Of a stretch of DNA of 33,955 bases, positions 31,033 to 33,955 are shown one piece after another (position 1 is the stretch's first letter; each line of letters starts with the position of its first letter). The translations under genes were made by a program, and so were the position numbers. Below the pieces are notes generated by a model, which searched no databases, was not told where the DNA came from, and was given only the letters and a program-made list of their open reading frames with translations. The stretch lies in IMG/VR virus record IMGVR_UViG_3300045988_173800, positions 1 through 33,955 of that record. One strand, given 5' to 3'. Origin of the DNA: a virus.

Positions 31033-31049
31033 GTGCCCGAATCGGGCAC
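31033..31049. repeat. 17-bp palindrome, copy 7 (intergenic, 3 nt after the endolysin stop)
   Basis: Exact GTGCCCGAATCGGGCAC. Confidence 0.95.
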
Positions 31050-31119
31050 GGAAAGGGAAACCGGCGGGAAGTCTGCAACACTTCCCCTCGCGTGGGCGCC
31101 TGCAAGCCGTGGTGCCTCT

Positions 31120-31365
31120 ATGGACACACAGCACAGAGAGATCCGCGCTCAGCTTTCCGCAATGGCTCCGCGCAGGGCCATTGCCTATATCCGCTCCTTC
31201 GATCTGCCGCCCGACGAGGCCGCGAGCCTCATCGAGTGCGACGTGCGCGGGCGGTCCTGCGTGCAGGCGGCGGAGCTGCTCCACCTCAGCGTGGACGGCC
31301 TCGCCAAGCTGCGCCGCCGCGCCTACCGTAAAATTGCAGACGGACAAAACGAGAGCACCGACTAA
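31120..31365 (+). CDS. Small sigma-70 region-4-like HTH regulator (81 aa)
   Basis: RSCVQAAELLHLSVDGLAKLRRRAYRKI resembles a sigma region 4.2 HTH. Start is uncertain; the ORF track starts at GTG 31033, inside the palindrome. Confidence 0.55.
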   Translation: MDTQHREIRAQLSAMAPRRAIAYIRSFDLPPDEAASLIECDVRGRSCVQAAELLHLSVDGLAKLRRRAYRKIADGQNESTD

Positions 31366-31386
31366 TCGTCGGCGCTCTCGTTTTTT
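31350..31386 (+). terminator. Rho-independent terminator
   Basis: CGAGAGCACCGAC-TAATC-GTCGGCGCTCTCG (one mismatch) followed by TTTTTT. Confidence 0.8.
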
Positions 31387-31476
31387 ATGGGCAGGGCAGA
31401 ACGCGGGCAGTTTGCGGGCAGTTTGCAAGCCGAAAACCGCGGTACGATAGAGGCAGAACAAAAGGAGGTGCAGCGC

Positions 31477-31875
31477 ATGAATTATCCCGCAGGCAATCCA
31501 TACCAGCCCTATTACCCCTATCCCGCGCCCACAGCGCCCACCCTGCGCGCTTCTGCGGCCCCGAGGTATGAAATTATCCATGTGACCGGCAGACGCGGCG
31601 CAGAGGCCCTGCAAATGGCTCCCAACAGCTCCGTGCTCGCCCTCGACGACACCGCGCCCCTCGTCTGGCTCTGCCGGACCGACGGAGCCGGCTACCTCAC
31701 CGTCACGCCCTTTGACATTGCCCAGCACGCCGAGCCCCCCGCGGTGAATGTGGACGACCTCAGCGCGAGACTGACCAGATTGGAGGAGATGTTAAATGCC
31801 CACCAACCCGATGCTGAGCCTGCTAAACCCGCAGGCAAGCGCCGCACCGACAGCAGCAGCGCCGAGCAGTCCTGA
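31477..31875 (+). CDS. Cargo protein with Pro/Tyr-rich N-terminus (132 aa)
   Basis: AAAGGAGGTG RBS. Sequence MNYPAGNPYQPYYPYPAPTAPT..., then YEIIHVTGRRGAEALQMAPNSSVLALDDTAPLVWLCRTDGAGYLTVTPFDI. Confidence 0.6.
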   Translation: MNYPAGNPYQPYYPYPAPTAPTLRASAAPRYEIIHVTGRRGAEALQMAPNSSVLALDDTAPLVWLCRTDGAGYLTVTPFDIAQHAEPPAVNVDDLSARLTRLEEMLNAHQPDAEPAKPAGKRRTDSSSAEQS

Positions 31876-32080
31876 CGTCAGCGGGGCCGTTGGTCTCTAC
31901 AAAGCCTATCAGGCCGCGCGCAATCCCATCGCCGCACTGGAGCAGATGGCACAGTCCAATCCAATACTCGCGCAGCTCCGGCAGGCGCAGCAGGGCGGCA
32001 CCGATATGCGCGGCGCGTTCTACGCGCTCTGCCAGCAGCAGGGCGTCGACCCGCAGACGATCCTCGCGCAGTTCCAGTGA
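31796..32080 (+). CDS. Cargo protein (94 aa), start overlaps the previous ORF by 80 nt
   Basis: ATG 31796 is 8 nt after GGAGGAG. Gln/Ala-rich, with a ...GVDPQTILAQFQ end. Confidence 0.5.
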   Translation: MPTNPMLSLLNPQASAAPTAAAPSSPDVSGAVGLYKAYQAARNPIAALEQMAQSNPILAQLRQAQQGGTDMRGAFYALCQQQGVDPQTILAQFQ

Positions 32081-32132
32081 TCCAGACGGGGTGCACACCG
32101 TTCGGAAATATATTTTTCGGAGGTAAACAACA

Positions 32133-32747
32133 ATGACGGAAGGTCTTTCCCCTGCCGACATCGCCGCTGTTCAGGGCGGCGGCTTCGGAGGCTTCGGCAA
32201 TGAGGGCCTGTGGCTCTTTGCCATCCTCGCCCTGATGGGCGGCGGCTTTGGCAACTGGGGCAACCGCGGTACCGGCGACCGCAACGCCACGGTCGGCGAC
32301 GTTCAGCGCGCCACCGACTTCGCGGCGCTCGAGCGCCAGAACAACGAGACCGTCGCTGCCGTGCGTCAGGCTGCCTATGACAACCAGGCCGCGGTCAAGG
32401 ACGGCAATTACAACATCCTCGGCGAGCTGCGCGATCTGCAGGCTGCCACGGCCGAGGGCTTTGCGCATCAGCAGGAGTGCTGCTGCAACATCCTCCGCGG
32501 CATCGACAGCGTCAACTATAATGGCGCGCTCAACACCGCAAGCATCAACGCCAACACCACCGCGCAGACGCAGAAGATCCTCGACGCCATCGCGGGCAAC
32601 CGCATGGCGGACATGCAGAACCAGATCAACCAGCTCCAGCTGCAGGCAGCGCTGTGCGGCATCCCCCGCACCACGCCCTACGGCTACGGCATCGTGCCGC
32701 AGTTCGCGGTCGCCGGCTGCGGCGCCTACAACAACGGCAACATCTAA
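32133..32747 (+). CDS. Cargo protein with Gly-rich membrane segment, coiled region and CCC motif (204 aa)
   Basis: GGAGGT RBS. Contains GGGFGGFGNEGLWLFAILALMGGGFGNWGNRG, HQQECCCNILRGI, and a Cys-containing C-terminus. Confidence 0.6.
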   Translation: MTEGLSPADIAAVQGGGFGGFGNEGLWLFAILALMGGGFGNWGNRGTGDRNATVGDVQRATDFAALERQNNETVAAVRQAAYDNQAAVKDGNYNILGELRDLQAATAEGFAHQQECCCNILRGIDSVNYNGALNTASINANTTAQTQKILDAIAGNRMADMQNQINQLQLQAALCGIPRTTPYGYGIVPQFAVAGCGAYNNGNI

Positions 32748-32795
32748 ACTATTTTCTCCGCAAGGGGAATATGGTAACGCCCTATTTGGCGAGGC

Positions 32796-32836
32796 AAGGC
32801 GGGGCGGCAACAGCTGCTCCGCCTTTCAAAATTTTA
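32796..32836 (+). terminator. Possible terminator or attenuator
   Basis: AAGGCGG ... CCGCCTT stem around a 16-nt loop, followed by TCAAAATTTTA. Confidence 0.35.
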
Positions 32837-32854
32837 TGAAAGGACCGAATCAAT

Positions 32855-33253
32855 ATGAGTAAGTCTGCGATCTATACCACCAACGTCAGCGCACCGACCG
32901 TCGCGGTCGGCGGCATCGTGCCGTTTGGGACCACCACGCGCCGCTACGGCTGCAACATCCGTCAGGATGGCAACGCTATCACGCTCTGCGGGCAGGGCTA
33001 CTACCTCGTCAACATCTCCGCGACGCTCGCTCCCACGGCGGCCGGCACAGTCAGCCTGACCGCGCAGAAGGACGGCGTGGCCATCATCGGCGCGACCGCG
33101 TCTCAGACCGTCGCGGCGGCCGGCATCGCCAACCTTGACATCACGGCCATCGTGCGCAACGCCTGCAGCTGCGAGAGCTCGCTCCTGTCGCTGATCCTCG
33201 GCGGCGTGGAGTCGGTCGTCAACAACCTCGCGGTCACGGTCGAGAAGCTGTGA
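32855..33253 (+). CDS. BclA C-terminal-domain-like (TNF/C1q-like jelly-roll) protein, stand-alone (132 aa)
   Basis: The pattern VPFGTT...GNAITLCGQGYYLVNISATL...VSLTAQKDGVAIIGA...LAVTVEKL parallels the BclA C-terminal-domain strand pattern as recalled. No collagen repeats. Confidence 0.45.
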   Translation: MSKSAIYTTNVSAPTVAVGGIVPFGTTTRRYGCNIRQDGNAITLCGQGYYLVNISATLAPTAAGTVSLTAQKDGVAIIGATASQTVAAAGIANLDITAIVRNACSCESSLLSLILGGVESVVNNLAVTVEKL

Positions 33254-33261
33254 GGTGCAGC

Positions 33262-33756
33262 ATGGAGATGCTGACCAGAGATCACGTTAAAGCCTATAAA
33301 GACAAGATCAAGGGCGCGCTCGTTGAGTACATGGCTATGCCCGCCAGCGAGCGCTCCTCCGGCGCGATCCGCGCCATGCTCGAGGGCTGGATGCTGCTCG
33401 ACGAGGTGGAGCCGAGCCTGTGCGGCTGCGGCGACTTTACCCAGGCGGACGCCGAGAAGTGGGCGCAGCACATGCGCAACACGGACGGCAGCACCGGCGC
33501 GCACTGGAGCATGGAGCAAACCTCCTCGCTCGCCGAGAGCCTCGGCGTGAGCCGCGACGAGGTCTCGCCCTGGTGCTGGTGGATCGCCGTGAACATGATG
33601 TACTCCGACTACTACGGCGTCGCTTCCCATTTCGGCGTCGCCACGCCGGAGTTCTTCGCGGAGCTCGCCCGCGCCTTCCTCCTCGACGAGGACGGCCCCG
33701 GCCCCAAGCCCAAGATGTCGGCTTATTACTGCGGCATCGTCAAGGGCAAGGACTAA
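33262..33756 (+). CDS. Hypothetical cargo protein (164 aa)
   Basis: ATG 33262 behind GAGGTG; the ORF track starts at GTG 33250. Contains HWSMEQTSSLAE...WCWWIAVNMMYSDYYG. Family not identified. Confidence 0.6.
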   Translation: MEMLTRDHVKAYKDKIKGALVEYMAMPASERSSGAIRAMLEGWMLLDEVEPSLCGCGDFTQADAEKWAQHMRNTDGSTGAHWSMEQTSSLAESLGVSRDEVSPWCWWIAVNMMYSDYYGVASHFGVATPEFFAELARAFLLDEDGPGPKPKMSAYYCGIVKGKD

Positions 33757-33850
33757 CGAAGAATTTTGCACTCAAATCTGCAATCATTTTTTTGTTTTTG
33801 ATTGTCATTGCTTGTAAGAATTTGTCTTGCGGTTTGTGCGGCAAAAATAA

Positions 33851-33900
33851 GAAAAGTACCGATATTGCCACGATTCCGAGCAATATCGGTACTTTTTCTT
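33851..33900. terminator. Bidirectional rho-independent terminator abutting attR
   Basis: 13-bp perfect stem GTACCGATATTGC / GCAATATCGGTAC with an 11-nt loop. It is flanked by GAAAA upstream and TTTTTCTT downstream. On the minus strand it sits right after the tRNA 3' end. Confidence 0.8.
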
Positions 33901-33955
33901 TGGTGCCTCGTCGGGGATTCGAACCCCGGACACCCTGCTTAAAAGGCAGGACAAA
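33901..33955 (-). tRNA. tRNA-Lys(UUU), 3' 55 nt only (gene runs off the window edge); attR
   Basis: Same sequence as 1..55. Canonical anticodon arm (CU-UUU-AA loop), T-arm, acceptor and CCA. The 5' half must lie beyond 33955. Confidence 0.75.

Larger units (their letters stand above)
1..33955. mobile_element. Integrated temperate siphovirus-type prophage (HK97-like head, HNH/cos-type packaging), unit length 33,900 bp, bounded by att direct repeats
   Basis: Identical 55-bp sequence at 1..55 and 33901..33955. The interior holds a complete lysogeny, replication, packaging, head, tail and lysis gene order. Confidence 0.92.

Overview
The window is one complete integrated temperate prophage with a 33,900-bp unit length. 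It is cut exactly at its 55-bp att direct repeats, which are the 3' part of a minus-strand tRNA-Lys(UUU). The host looks like a GC-rich Firmicutes/Clostridia-type bacterium; this is inferred from GGAGG-type RBSs, the CCA-encoded tRNA end and the gene families present.

Gene order:
- attL, then integrase, an Ltp-like superinfection-exclusion protein and a cI-like repressor, all on the minus strand.
- A divergent control region.
- Early and replication genes: XRE regulators, a replisome organiser with internal iterons, DnaB, ParA, a multi-domain ParB, a run of small Cys-rich ORFs, an HUH Rep-like protein and a KTR protein.
- An HNH endonuclease, then a 534-bp ORF-free hairpin-dense region.
- A ParB-domain methyltransferase, TerS (P27 family) and TerL, portal, protease, HK97-type capsid, connectors, major tail protein, the G/G-T chaperone with a -1 frameshift, tape measure and tail tip/fibre genes.
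- A small type I toxin-antitoxin-like cassette, the lysis cassette, a six-gene cargo block, then attR.

The most unusual signal is a 17-bp perfect palindrome, GTGCCCGAATCGGGCAC. It is present 7 times (5 exact, 2 degenerate) and spaced almost evenly, about 1/7 of the genome apart, around the circularised phage. Five copies sit in unrelated genes, always in the same reading frame. This occurs in a phage that also encodes ParA and two ParB-domain proteins, so a dispersed ParB/KorB-like site network is my leading hypothesis.

Other leads:
- A holin-like-toxin cassette with convergent consensus promoters.
- The structured non-coding region with 3 x 30-bp hairpin repeats.
- The att-proximal cargo block, which includes a sigma-region-4-like regulator, a BclA-C-like protein and Gly-rich/Cys-rich proteins.

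All functional calls rest on motifs read by eye. No database search was run.
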